Positions 10,625 through 21,093 of a DNA stretch of 64,000 nucleotides are shown in pieces. The notes beneath the pieces were generated by a model. It worked only from the letters and a program-made list of their open reading frames with translations, ran no database searches and had not been told where the DNA came from. A program made the position numbers and the translations under genes. The DNA is from Candidatus Poribacteria bacterium (GTDB lineage Bacteria > Poribacteria > WGA-4E > PCPOR2b), in NCBI GenBank assembly GCA_965218095.1, contig OZ244587.1, positions 160,001-224,000 on the forward strand. Reading direction: 5' to 3'. Position 1 is the first letter of the stretch. Each line of letters opens with the position of its first letter.

Positions 10625-11494
10625 ATGACAGCAATAAAAACAGACCTTTATCTTGGGGATTGCTTAGAGGTACTCGCCAATTTTGACACCGATTCATTCG
10701 ACCTGATTATGACCTCCCCCCCGTATGCGGACCGCCGATCCAAAACGTATGGCGGAATCAACCCCGATGAATATGTCAATTGGTTTCTGCCTCGAGCTGA
10801 AGCATTTTTAAGGGTCCTCAAGCCATCTGGCACATTCATCCTGAACATCAAAGAGAAAGCCGTTGACGGAGAACGGCATACTTATGTTATCGAGTTGATA
10901 CTTGAGATGAGGAAGCAGGGATGGTTGTGGACAGAGGAGTTTGTTTGGCACAAGAAAAATTGCTATCCGGGAAAATGGCCGAACCGGTTCAGAGATGCTT
11001 GGGAAAGATGTTTACAGTTTAATAAAACCAAGAAATTCAATATGTATCAAGAAGCGGTCATGGTGCCGATGGGAGATTGGGCGGAAAAAAGGTTGAAGCA
11101 TCTCAGCGAGACAGATCAGAGTCGGGATACGTCGAGAGCGGGGAGTGGTTTTGGCAAGAATGTTTCAAATTGGTTAGACCGGAAAATGGCTTATCCGACG
11201 AATGTTTTGCACTTGGCAACAGAAACGGGGAATCGAAAACATAGTGCCGTTTTTCCCAAGACGTTGCCCAAATGGTTTATCAAGCTGTTTACGAAAGAAA
11301 ATGATTGGGTGCTTGATCCGTTTGCAGGCGCCAGTACGACGTGTCAGGTCGCTCAAGTGCTGTCGAGGAATTCCGTCGGTATTGAAATTTTGCCCCAGTA
11401 TTATCAATTGGCAAAGGAGAATATCAAACCGGCGCAATATCTGTTCTTTGAAGCGGCTCAATATGAAACCCATTACACAACAGGAGATAACTGA
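10625..11494 (+). CDS. Site-specific DNA methyltransferase (beta class, probably N4-cytosine)
   Basis: TSPPY precedes HSAVFP...VLDPFAG (catalytic motif before SAM-binding motif). Confidence 0.9.
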   Translation: MTAIKTDLYLGDCLEVLANFDTDSFDLIMTSPPYADRRSKTYGGINPDEYVNWFLPRAEAFLRVLKPSGTFILNIKEKAVDGERHTYVIELILEMRKQGWLWTEEFVWHKKNCYPGKWPNRFRDAWERCLQFNKTKKFNMYQEAVMVPMGDWAEKRLKHLSETDQSRDTSRAGSGFGKNVSNWLDRKMAYPTNVLHLATETGNRKHSAVFPKTLPKWFIKLFTKENDWVLDPFAGASTTCQVAQVLSRNSVGIEILPQYYQLAKENIKPAQYLFFEAAQYETHYTTGDN

Positions 11495-12203
11495 TTATGT
11501 TGAGGCGAACATTCAAGTCTTTCACCAGAGAAGGTTAGATAATCTTCAAAAGTTGAAACTGATGAATGTCGTCAAACGAAAAAATCCCTATCTATTCAAG
11601 GCGAAAAACATTAACACGGCATCAGAATTCGTAAGGACCATCCTAGACGCTTTTCTATCTTCACAAGAAGAAGGGATTTTTGGTGGGTTTCTGGAGGAGC
11701 TTGCGATTTTTATTTGTGCACAGGTATATGGTGGCCAGAAATCCTCAGCAGAGGGGATTGATCTAGAATTTGATTGATACAATATAAGGTACATTGTATC
11801 AATCAAATCTGGACCAAATTGGGGAAATAGTAGCCAAATCACAAAACTGCGGGACAACTTCAGGAAGACTAAACGAATTCTCAGCACAAATACATCATCA
11901 GCGAATGTCGTTGCTGTCAATGGTTGCTGCTATGGAAAAGATCGAGTGCCAGATAAGGGTGACTATTTGAAGTTGTGCGGGCAACAATTTTGGGCATTTA
12001 TTTCAGGTGATGACAACCTGTACACTGACATCATTGAGCCTCTTGGCCATCAAGCAAAAGAAAAAAATGAGCAGTTTATGCAGGAATATGCCAAAGTACT
12101 CAATAAATTTACTTTCGAGTTCATCACGACATTTTGCAATGCTGACGGCAATATACTTTGGGAGAAAATCGTCAAGTTTAATTCAGCGGAGGCAATGCCT
12201 TGA
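11463..12203 (+). pseudogene. Type II restriction endonuclease (EcoO109I/PmeII-like), in-frame TGA at 11775-11777
   Basis: NPYLF..FG..LE..GIDLEFD*YNIRYIVSIKSGPNWGN..GCCYG..GQQFWAFISG; overlaps the MTase stop; both halves are in the same frame. Confidence 0.8.
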
Positions 12204-12270
12204 AAATCTTCCCACGTCATGATTTCCTGGATTCAATAGATTCGCGCCTGCTACTGAATATCTAACCATT

Positions 12271-12483
12271 ATGAACGAAGCCAACACGCTAGATCCCACT
12301 CCTGACAAAGTCAAATCAATCCTCGAAGCCATTCTGTTCGCTGCCAGCGAACAGATTTCGTTGGAGCAGTTCAGCCAATTGTTCGACGACGTATCTACTC
12401 GGCAAATCCGCCAACAACTCATGCTGTTGCGGGACGATGGAAATCACCTCAGATGCCAGCGCATTACGCACGCGCGGAGTTAG
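12271..12483 (+). pseudogene. scpB: Truncated segregation and condensation protein B
   Basis: KSILEAILFAASE.IS N-terminus only; downstream LETLAIIAY/QP motifs not found in frames examined. Confidence 0.8.
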
Positions 12484-12609
12484 CAGAGCAAGGCGCGATT
12501 GCACGGTTCAAATACGGAAAATGACAACTTCAAAGTTGCAATTACACTATGATGTGATATACTGTAATGCAAGTTGTTACCCATCTTTCCCTTCAGGGTA
12601 AGCGACTAT

Positions 12610-12639
12610 TGTAGGGAACAACGATCGTTGTTCCCTACA
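12610..12639. repeat. GTAG-type REP palindrome
   Basis: Perfect palindrome TGTAGGGAACAACGATCGTTGTTCCCTACA between convergent genes; related copy at ~59220. Confidence 0.75.
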
Positions 12640-12667
12640 GTGAAGAATCTGGTGTAGCACTTGGGGT

Positions 12668-14434
12668 TCAGGAACACTCTGCCTTATAGATGATTGCCTT
12701 GTTTACCAGATACATCAACTCGACAACTTGCTCACTATCGATTTCGGGGAAGGCATCTTTAACGACTTGATGTACCAGATCTAAGTTGCCATCCTTTGCC
12801 CAATAACTTTCTCGAAGGATTTCAGCAAATTCCGCCACAGCAGCGGCTAACCGAAACGTTGCAGAAGCCGCATCAAATGATTCGTGCAGTTGCGACACGA
12901 AGATGTCTTCGCTCACTTCGCTGACCCTATAATTATCTGCATCCGCATGCCGAATCGAAACGGTTGCCAGCTTTCCAGTTGTGGCCTGATGCAATTTAAC
13001 CTCATACAAGGCAGTTACCTGATGCCCCGATCCGACTTCTCCAGCATCAACAGTGTCATCGCGAAACTGATCATGAGAAAGGCGACGGTTTTCATAACCG
13101 AGCAACCGAAAGCGGCTGACAACTTCGGGATTAAAATCAATCTGAACCTTCGCGTCTTTCGCAATCAATTGTAGCGTCCCCGTCAAATTTTCAACGAATA
13201 TTCGCTTGGCTTCGGTGAGTGCATCAACATACGCATAGCTGCCGTCTCCTGTGTCGGCGAGCCGTTCCATGAGCACATCATTGTAGTTTCCCATGCCGAA
13301 GCCGACCATCGAGAGCGTAATTCCTCGTTGAACGTAAGTGTGTATTTCTTTAAGAATTTCATCGGGGCCCGTTTTGCCGACATTGGCAACCCCATCTGAG
13401 CAGAGAATCACCCGGTTGATGTGATTGACGCTCGCATTTCGCCAAGCCAGATCGTATCCGATTCGCAGACCTTCCTCGGCGTTGGTTGATCCGTTTGGCG
13501 CAAGGGAATTGATGGCTGCCAAGATTTTGCTACGTTGCTCGATTCCTGTATGCGGAAGCACGAGCCTGCCACGAGAGCCATAAACTACAATGCCCACTTT
13601 GTCGGTAGGACGGCAAGAGTCAACGAGCACAGTTAATGCTTTCTTTACCAATCCCAGACGGTTTTCCTGTGCCATTGAGCCCGACACATCAATGACAAAC
13701 GTGAGGTTGGCGTCTTTTCGATGCTCGTCTGGAATCACACGCCCTTGAAGTCCGATGCGCAACAGTTGAAGCCGTTTCCCTTCACCAAATTTTGACGGGG
13801 CGCCTTCGATGTGGATAGCAAACGCGCTATCCGTCAGCGGGTCGTAGTTGTAATCAAATGTGTTGACAAATTCTTCGACGCGCACGTCCTCCGGTGGGGG
13901 CAAGTGCCCATCCATCAGGTATCGGCGCGTTATTGAATAAGAACCCGTATCAACGTCCATTGCAAACGTCGAAAGGTGTTCGTCTTCGGTATCAAGAAAC
14001 GGATTGGTGCCAGCTCCCTTAAAAAACATATCATGATACACTTCACCATTTGGGGGATTCCATTGGGGTGATGTTGTAATGACCATCTTTCCACCATCTG
14101 ACTGCCCAACAACCTCGTTGGAAAACTCAACCACTGTTTGCGCTTGAACGGAAGATACGGAACGAGCAACAACCGCGGTCGTAACTCTCGGTTGAACCTG
14201 ACCCTGTTCCACAAGAAAAGACCTGTTTGTTGGAATGGTTGGCTTAATCACGGGTTTGATAACAGGTTTGCGAACTTGTGGTTTGGGGGGTTCCTTCGCT
14301 TGAAGGATTTCTGCAATCACTAAATCTTTGAACGGCTCAATCCGGGTTATGTAGAAGATACCAGCGATCAGCACGATGACGCCGTGAATCGCTAACGATA
14401 TCATCAACGCTCCTGAAATTCTCTTGGCGCTCAT
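12668..14434 (-). CDS. von Willebrand factor A domain protein (YfbK/DUF3520-like) with N-terminal membrane anchor
   Basis: STFAMDVDTGSY, VRVEEFVN.F, MIDAS DVSGSM, SDGVANVG, RLLGYENR. Confidence 0.9.
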   Translation of the reverse strand: MSAKRISGALMISLAIHGVIVLIAGIFYITRIEPFKDLVIAEILQAKEPPKPQVRKPVIKPVIKPTIPTNRSFLVEQGQVQPRVTTAVVARSVSSVQAQTVVEFSNEVVGQSDGGKMVITTSPQWNPPNGEVYHDMFFKGAGTNPFLDTEDEHLSTFAMDVDTGSYSITRRYLMDGHLPPPEDVRVEEFVNTFDYNYDPLTDSAFAIHIEGAPSKFGEGKRLQLLRIGLQGRVIPDEHRKDANLTFVIDVSGSMAQENRLGLVKKALTVLVDSCRPTDKVGIVVYGSRGRLVLPHTGIEQRSKILAAINSLAPNGSTNAEEGLRIGYDLAWRNASVNHINRVILCSDGVANVGKTGPDEILKEIHTYVQRGITLSMVGFGMGNYNDVLMERLADTGDGSYAYVDALTEAKRIFVENLTGTLQLIAKDAKVQIDFNPEVVSRFRLLGYENRRLSHDQFRDDTVDAGEVGSGHQVTALYEVKLHQATTGKLATVSIRHADADNYRVSEVSEDIFVSQLHESFDAASATFRLAAAVAEFAEILRESYWAKDGNLDLVHQVVKDAFPEIDSEQVVELMYLVNKAIIYKAECS

Positions 14435-14664
14435 TTTATTCCTCCAAAATTTGGTATTTATGATACCGGGACGAGTTGCCTATTGGACAAGCCCGCCGCA
14501 GTCTTGAGTTGATTCACGCCAGAGTGGCAAATGATGTGCCAACGCTGGTATAGCCTCTGAACGCGCCGTTTTCCGTAACCCTAGAATCTTTCCAATGCCC
14601 AGAACAGTTTAGACAACCCAAGCCCGTATGTACGAACTGGTGCAAAACCTCGGAGCGAAAATCA

Positions 14665-15873
14665 ATGCACCCAAACTACCTACAAAAGATTTTAGACCAT
14701 CACATCGGCATCCCCCTTTGCCTCCTGCTCGGTGGATTCCAATCTCGCGCCCCTGTCCGGCATCGCTCTCCCCGTCGGATTTTACTTATCCAACTTTCCG
14801 CCATTGGCGACACCATCCTGACAATCCCAACAATCCGGGCGATTCGCCAACGCTTCCCCGATACCCACCTAGCGATAATCTCTTCGTCAATCAACCTGCA
14901 ATATCTGGAAGGCTGCCCCTATATCGATCGACACATTTCCTGCCGCTTAGAAGAACTGATGAAATCGCCGTGGAACCTGATCGTGTTTATCGTGGCGCTG
15001 CGCTGTCAAAAGTTCGATTGGGCAATCGATTTTGAACATTGGCCCCGGCTCAGTGCGTTAATCGCTTACGGGAGTGGTGCATCGAGGCGAGTTGGGTTTC
15101 GGGCTGCCGGTCAGCATCGACACTACCCTTTTACGGATATCGTCGAGCATGTGCCGGGACAACACGAGGTGGTTAATTTTCTAAAGATAGCGAGGCTGTT
15201 GGGATGTCCGATTCAGAGAACACATTTGGATGTATGGGTGGGAAAAGAAGATTGGGATTGGGCGGAGACTTTCCTCAATGCGGTGGGTATCGATCGGAAC
15301 AGACCGGTTGTTGCAATTCATCCAGAAGCCGGCAGACGTGGTGAGCCGCGAAGGCGGTGGTCACACGATAGATTTGTTCAGCTTGCCGATGCGCTTGTCG
15401 AACGCTATCACGCGCAAATTATCTTGACAGGTGCTCCCTCAGAGGTTGAACTTTCACAGCGAATTGCTTCACAAACCCGGTCATCTTGTGCTGTCGCAGC
15501 CGGTCAAACCCAGATTAATCAACTAGCTGCGTTGTTTGCAAATATGGATCTTGTCATCTGTGGAAACTGTGGCCCCATGCACCTCGCTGCCGCCGCTGGA
15601 ACGCCGGTCCTTGCCCTGCATGGTCCCACGAATCCCTTGCAATGGGGCCCCTGGGGAAAAAATCACACCGTAATCAATGTCAATCTGCCGTGCAGCCCAT
15701 GTCTCAATCTCGGCTTCGAGTACGGCTGCTCCGCACTTTCTGACGGAACTTCGCCTTGCATGTATACGATACAGGTCCGCGAAGTCCTCAAAGCGTGCGA
15801 AAAGTATCTGGCGAAGGGACAAGAAGCAATCAAGCAAGGAGAGCATCCCCAACACGGAAAACGTAAAATGTAA
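14665..15873 (+). CDS. Glycosyltransferase family 9 (heptosyltransferase-like)
   Basis: LSAIGD, GNCGPMHLAAA.GTP.LALHGPT, C.PC. Confidence 0.9.
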   Translation: MHPNYLQKILDHHIGIPLCLLLGGFQSRAPVRHRSPRRILLIQLSAIGDTILTIPTIRAIRQRFPDTHLAIISSSINLQYLEGCPYIDRHISCRLEELMKSPWNLIVFIVALRCQKFDWAIDFEHWPRLSALIAYGSGASRRVGFRAAGQHRHYPFTDIVEHVPGQHEVVNFLKIARLLGCPIQRTHLDVWVGKEDWDWAETFLNAVGIDRNRPVVAIHPEAGRRGEPRRRWSHDRFVQLADALVERYHAQIILTGAPSEVELSQRIASQTRSSCAVAAGQTQINQLAALFANMDLVICGNCGPMHLAAAAGTPVLALHGPTNPLQWGPWGKNHTVINVNLPCSPCLNLGFEYGCSALSDGTSPCMYTIQVREVLKACEKYLAKGQEAIKQGEHPQHGKRKM

Positions 15874-15923
15874 TGCGTAAAACGTAAAGATCTCTTTTCA
15901 CGTTTTACGTTTCACGCTTCACG
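15858..15923. repeat. Inverted array of heptamer repeats (AAACGTA/TTTCACG), possible bidirectional terminator
   Basis: aaaacgtaaaatgtaatgcgtaaaacgtaa...ttttcacgttttacgtttcacgcttcacg between convergent genes; same family at ~5850, 10578, 46538, 50609, 52449. Confidence 0.6.
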
Positions 15924-17636
15924 CTACCGGCACGTCATCCGAATCACGCCCTCATAAGGAGTTGTGGGGGTAATCAGCAACCGTGCTGTTTCAAGGTTCA
16001 TCGTCCAGTCGTCATCAAAGCTATAGATCTGGTGCGCAGTAATACCGCCGTTGATTTCGATCTCATCCTCACCGTTGACAATCCGCGCCGGTTCTTTATC
16101 GAGAAACACAATCTCGGTTTGGCGGAGATCATATTCCATATCACCGATATATAAGTTCCCCTGTTTCCTCAATCCGAATTCAAGCTGGAGCGGAATTCGC
16201 GCTTCTCCTTCTGTCGTGATACGAAGCTCAAAGCCGTCTGAAATCCGTTCAATCTCCACGAAAATCTGTAGATTCAACGGAATGACCTCCCGTCTGCTCG
16301 GTGTGGGTTTGTATACATATTGGATGATTTCATTTTGGGTGAGGTATACGCCTTGATCGACCGCCAACCCCGCCGGTTCGTAATCGCGAAAGCCGTGGTA
16401 GATGTACTTAATCCGGAGGCCATCAATAATCGCTTCCCCGTTTTGGAGCGCAAACAAGATCTGCTTATCACCAATAATCGTCGCACTCATCTTGTCCGAT
16501 CGAATCCGCGCTATGTTCGACTGCTGATAGACATTTTCATACGGCTGCGGAAGTGGTAGCCGGGTAATCCAGTCGTTGTTTCGCTCAGATTCAATCGCAA
16601 GCAATTCCCCAATGTCAGCGGTCATAAAGAAACGCGAGCTGCCCGCTTTTTTGAAACGCCGATCAGGATGGTTAAGGTTGGGACGAATAAGGCCGTTATC
16701 GAGTCGACGAAGGTAAGCTGTCAATGTCAAATCGCCGGCGGTTGCATAATAGCCGTTGTGATCGATGATCGACATATTCTTCCAGACGTTATAGCCGGCC
16801 GGCATGCCGTTCTCTACTCCCTTTTGGTGGGAAAATTCAGTCGCCACTTCACCATTGGGGTGGAAAGTGTGAAGTAGAAAATTGAGGCTGCGGCGGACAT
16901 ACTCTAAGAGAGGCGGACGATTCAGCCTCTCGGCGAGAACTAGCAACATCGCATTTGATAGCATGCTATAAACGGGACTCCGATCGCCATAAACGCCGTC
17001 ACGGTTAATGTCGATACCATCTTGTAAATAACTCTCAGCTCTCGCTACGGCGGCGCTGTCTCCAAACTGCTTGTCAAATTCGACGAGCGCAGTAGCTGCG
17101 ACCCAGCAATCGTGCGAAGTAAATACAGGCTTGTTTATGATTGCTTCCACCCCTTTACGGAGAAACGCTTCAATCCGCTGAAGCAATTCTTCGTGTTGAG
17201 TCTCACGGGAAAGCCATCGGTATGCCTGCAAGAGTGCATGTGAGGCGAACGCGACAATGGGAGCCGCCCGTATATCACCGCAGAAATATCTGTCAATTGT
17301 GCCATCTGCATGCTGTGAACGGGTGATAAACTGCATCGCAAAATGCATACGCTCAAGCAACTCCGAGTTGTGATAGTATTGAGAATCCGGTGTCATGTAC
17401 AGGGTTGTTAGCGATGCAAACGTATTTGCTGCTGCTAAAGGCTCGCAGACCCAGTGTTCTGGGCAGCAAAATCCCCCGTAATCGCGCCCTGATGGATCCA
17501 AGACCTGCAACCGTAGCGCTTGTGCGGCAAACGCTTCCGCTGCCGCTAATACAGTTTCATAATGAATTCTTGTCGTCATCAATTTACCCTCTTCATCTGG
17601 TCTATTGTTATCGTTCTGAGCATTATGGGTATTCAC
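15924..17636 (-). CDS. Hypothetical protein, possibly helical-toroid plus beta-sandwich (heparinase II/III-like architecture)
   Basis: 570-aa intact ORF; helical N-terminal half (Q..DG, DI..DG.Y..RS..Y) and beta-rich C-terminal half; fold is inference. Confidence 0.55.
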   Translation of the reverse strand: MNTHNAQNDNNRPDEEGKLMTTRIHYETVLAAAEAFAAQALRLQVLDPSGRDYGGFCCPEHWVCEPLAAANTFASLTTLYMTPDSQYYHNSELLERMHFAMQFITRSQHADGTIDRYFCGDIRAAPIVAFASHALLQAYRWLSRETQHEELLQRIEAFLRKGVEAIINKPVFTSHDCWVAATALVEFDKQFGDSAAVARAESYLQDGIDINRDGVYGDRSPVYSMLSNAMLLVLAERLNRPPLLEYVRRSLNFLLHTFHPNGEVATEFSHQKGVENGMPAGYNVWKNMSIIDHNGYYATAGDLTLTAYLRRLDNGLIRPNLNHPDRRFKKAGSSRFFMTADIGELLAIESERNNDWITRLPLPQPYENVYQQSNIARIRSDKMSATIIGDKQILFALQNGEAIIDGLRIKYIYHGFRDYEPAGLAVDQGVYLTQNEIIQYVYKPTPSRREVIPLNLQIFVEIERISDGFELRITTEGEARIPLQLEFGLRKQGNLYIGDMEYDLRQTEIVFLDKEPARIVNGEDEIEINGGITAHQIYSFDDDWTMNLETARLLITPTTPYEGVIRMTCR

Positions 17637-17858
17637 CTTTCTTCAAGGTACAATATGAAAACATCAATGTATTTCTGAGAAGTAACACTGACATGGAATT
17701 TCCAAATGCGTGATGAGTGATGAGTGATAAGTGAAGATATGCGTGCGAAATAGTGTGGGTGAATAGACATTTACCATGTAATCATCTCTTTGGAAAGATG
17801 GAAGATTCGGTGCAAATAACGCAATTGCGTTCCTTGTGCTGTTCTTCGGATTTTACTA

Positions 17859-18690
17859 GGTTCTGTTGACATTTGAGTATAAGGTTGTGGCATAATAGAA
17901 GAATGACGCCAATAACCTTACCTGATGAACAATGGAATAAGATATACCGGTTTCTTCTAAGCTGTCCCACCATCTATGTTGGCGACGAAGCTGCTACACG
18001 CCGCTTCGTCGAAGCCGTCCTGTGGGTGACTCGTAGCGGGGCTGAATGGCGGATTCTACCAGACACCTATGGCAAATGGAACACCCGCTACAAGCGGTTT
18101 GCTCGATGGTGCGACAAAGGTATCTTCACACAGATGCACCCCCACTTCGCCTCTGACCCCGATATCGAGTCGCTTATTGTGGACAGTACTATCTGCCGCG
18201 CTCACCCGTCTGCGGCGGGCGCCTTAAAAAAAACGTTGGCACTGAAAACCAAGCATTAGGTCGGTCTCGGGGTGGTTTCAGTACAAAAAATCACATCACA
18301 GTTAACGGACTAGGCAATCCGCTAAGAATTCATCTGACCCCCGGTCAGAGACATGACATAGCTGAGGCGGAAGGGTTGATAATCGGATATAACAGTGAAT
18401 ATGTGATTGGAGACAAGGGGTACGATTCGGACGCTTTTATCGCGGTTATTGAGGCGAATGGAGCGATTGCGGTGATACCGCCAAAAAGTCATCGTGTTGA
18501 CCAAAGAACGTATGACAAACACTTATACAAAGAGAGACATCGGGTTGAATGTTTCATCAACAAGATAAAATGGTATCGTCGTATCTTCTCTCGGTTTGTC
18601 TCTCGGTTTGAGAAGCTAGCTGTCCGTTATTTTGGATTTCTCAGCTTTGTCTCCGCTCTTATATGGCTCCCTTGAAATGTCAACAGAACC
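17859..18690 (+). mobile_element. IS5-family (IS427-like) insertion sequence
   Basis: Perfect 16-bp IRs GGTTCTGTTGACATTT / AAATGTCAACAGAACC flanked by TA on both sides. Confidence 0.92.
17903..18675 (+). CDS. IS5-family transposase, two ORFs joined at A8 slippery site 18226-18233
   Basis: W..LP..YGKW.T.YKRF.RW, IVDST, GRSRGG, GDKGYD, YKERH.VE; 12-bp internal duplication giving SRFVSRF. Confidence 0.88.
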
Positions 18691-18891
18691 TAATTGCTGC
18701 ATTATAGTGGGCAAAGCGGTCTGGGTCATCATTGGGCGGTAGGCTAAAAAATGCCCCAATCAGCGTCGATAGACGCCGTGGGAGATTGCCGCAACCCGTT
18801 CATCGGATTCGGCGTAGATTGCTTGAAGATGAGTAATGAAGTTTCCAGCGTTAGTGAAGACGGTTATTGTCCCAAAAATTCTGCACGCCGC

Positions 18892-19647
18892 TTATTTAGA
18901 TATATGGAGTTGATTGATCAATGACGCACTGTATCCGCCTCCGAATCCATTGTCAATATTGACAACGGTTACGCCTGAAGCGCAACTATTCAGCATGCTC
19001 AACAATGCTGCGACGCCACCAAAACTGGCGCCATAACCCACGCTCGTGGGCACGGCGATGACAGGCTTATCGATCAACCCACCGACAACGCTCGCAAGTG
19101 CACCTTCCATTCCTGCCACGACGACGAGCACACGGGCTTGGATCAGCTTCTCGTGATTGTTGAGCAGGCGATGCAACCCAGCAACGCCGACATCGTACAA
19201 TCGCTCCACACGGTTGCCCATAATCTGTGCGGTTTCCACTGCTTCTTCAGCGACAGGAATATCAGAGGTGCCAGCGGATACGACCAGGATGCCATCGTGC
19301 AGATCGCCGGCAGATCGCCCGATCGTGATTGTGCGTCCGAGTTGATTGAAATGGGCCGATGGATCGAGGGCAACTAACGCTTCGTAAATTTCCGGGGTCG
19401 CACGAGTGGCGAGCAGGAGATGATTGGCAGTGAGAATCCGTTCGCTTATTTCTTTCACCTGATTAACGGTTTTTCCTTCGCAAAAAATGACCTCCGGGAA
19501 ACCTTGTCGTAGTTGCCGATGGTGGTCCACTTTGGAAAACCCAAGATCTTCAAACGGTAAGTGACGTAAAGATTGAATTGCCTTTTCAACTTCAACTTCG
19601 CCGTGCTTAACCTGTTCAAAGAGCACACGTAATCTGTCGAGATTCAT
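18892..19647 (-). CDS. larB: Nickel-pincer cofactor biosynthesis protein LarB
   Basis: [53 protein letters not shown]. Confidence 0.92.
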   Translation of the reverse strand: MNLDRLRVLFEQVKHGEVEVEKAIQSLRHLPFEDLGFSKVDHHRQLRQGFPEVIFCEGKTVNQVKEISERILTANHLLLATRATPEIYEALVALDPSAHFNQLGRTITIGRSAGDLHDGILVVSAGTSDIPVAEEAVETAQIMGNRVERLYDVGVAGLHRLLNNHEKLIQARVLVVVAGMEGALASVVGGLIDKPVIAVPTSVGYGASFGGVAALLSMLNSCASGVTVVNIDNGFGGGYSASLINQLHISK

Positions 19648-19736
19648 TTAATTTTTGGCTCCAGATAAAGAAACCACAGGCATCCGATGCTTCCACCTGT
19701 GGTTTCGGTTTCTAAAGAATATGCAATGTGTGAATC

Positions 19737-20117
19737 TTAACTAACCGATTCCCCTTCGTCGGCTTCGACCTCTGCCTCTTCGCTATCATTCGAGATGATA
19801 GTGGCAAGGTCTGCCTTCTTCTCGACGAAAGCAGCTTTTCCAGCCTCAACTGCCGCTTTCATACCCTCCGCTGCTTCGTCAATGCGCGTTCTCCCCTGAT
19901 CGACCAGGGCAGTTACCCTTTCCTTTGTCACTTCTCTTGCTCTATGGGCAGTTCCAACGGTTCGTGCTTTCGCATCCATGGAAGCATCGCGGATTTTTTC
20001 TCGTGTCTCTCTGCCGGGCATTGGCGCGAAGAGTAAACTGAGAATTGCACCGACTATCCCGCCCAGAAAGAAAGCAAACACAACGGCAAGCCCATTGCCT
20101 TGTTTTTCGTTATCCAT
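19737..20117 (-). CDS. YtxH domain protein
   Basis: FFLGGIVGAILSLLFAP.PGRETR. Confidence 0.85.
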   Translation of the reverse strand: MDNEKQGNGLAVVFAFFLGGIVGAILSLLFAPMPGRETREKIRDASMDAKARTVGTAHRAREVTKERVTALVDQGRTRIDEAAEGMKAAVEAGKAAFVEKKADLATIISNDSEEAEVEADEGESVS

Positions 20118-20147
20118 TTGAATGACCTCCTTCGCTGTTATGATTGA

Positions 20148-20395
20148 TTATTTTTCCAAAATTTCGCTAATCCGCTCTATCCCCTGATTAACGAAATCAC
20201 CGACCGCTTCTTTCGCTTTGTGAGTCGCTTCAACCGTTCGTTCTTTGGCATCAATAGAGGCTCTGCGAATCTGCTGTCTCGTTTTCCTGCCTAGCTGTGG
20301 CGCCAGCAGTAAACTGAGGGTCGCACCGACCAGGGGCTGCCTATGGACAAACCAACCACAAACCAGAGCGCGCTATTTCCTCTTTCGTTATCCAT
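20148..20395 (-). pseudogene. Second YtxH paralogue, frameshifted near 20335
   Basis: Manual translation MDNERGNSALWFVVGLSIG / LVGATLSLLLAPQLGRKTRQQIRRASIDAK, paralogous to the adjacent gene. Confidence 0.75.
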
Positions 20396-20464
20396 TTCGA
20401 TTACTCCTTTCGCCAACAGGGTATAGTTTGCTTGCACTCGTTCTTAACATGAGCCAATAGCGAT

Positions 20465-21034
20465 TTACTCGCTTTGTTCCTGTTGGGTTGTATCTTCCGA
20501 ATCTGATGTGCGTGACTTCCGAAACTGATGGAATACCTCCCAGCCCGCTTTAATCCCGCTCCATCCACTGATAATGTCTGTGACAGGGACGGAAAGTTGA
20601 TCGCGATAGTATTTCGCACGCTTAACTGTTGTTTGCGAAAAATCCGTTAAGACGTTGATCAATTCGTCAATTTTCGCAACGTTTCGGTTTATCGTTTCCG
20701 TCATTTCCTGGATGCTATGCGTCGTCGGTTGGATCTCGGATTCGCTAATCTGCTGGATGGAAGCCGTGATACCATTAACATTCTCAAGCAACTGTGGAAG
20801 TTCGCGGTTCAATTCCGTAACCGTTTGATCCAAAGATTCGAGTAAGGTGCTGACCTCTTTATGTACACCTACCAGGTTTTCGGTAGATTTGAGTAAGTTG
20901 CTGACCTCTTTGTCTACCAGATTCTCTATGGACTTCAAAGCTCTTCCAATACTATACGCCAGCGACACAAACAACCAAGCTAGTGCTAATAGCGCCAAAG
21001 CTAAAGGAATTTGCCATAAAAGCGAAGTGTTCAT
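20465..21034 (-). CDS. DUF948/YtxG-like membrane-anchored coiled-coil protein
   Basis: N-terminal TM helix followed by heptad-like repeats; upstream of ytxH-like genes. Confidence 0.65.
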   Translation of the reverse strand: MNTSLLWQIPLALALLALAWLFVSLAYSIGRALKSIENLVDKEVSNLLKSTENLVGVHKEVSTLLESLDQTVTELNRELPQLLENVNGITASIQQISESEIQPTTHSIQEMTETINRNVAKIDELINVLTDFSQTTVKRAKYYRDQLSVPVTDIISGWSGIKAGWEVFHQFRKSRTSDSEDTTQQEQSE

Positions 21035-21093
21035 ATTTTATTCCTTACAATGCTATATCCGACCCCGATCTTCATCGCGGTTTCAGCCGATAT

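Noticed and set aside
18892-19647. Complete lactate racemase (lar) cluster
   Set aside because: Only larB is present; stand-alone larB is common
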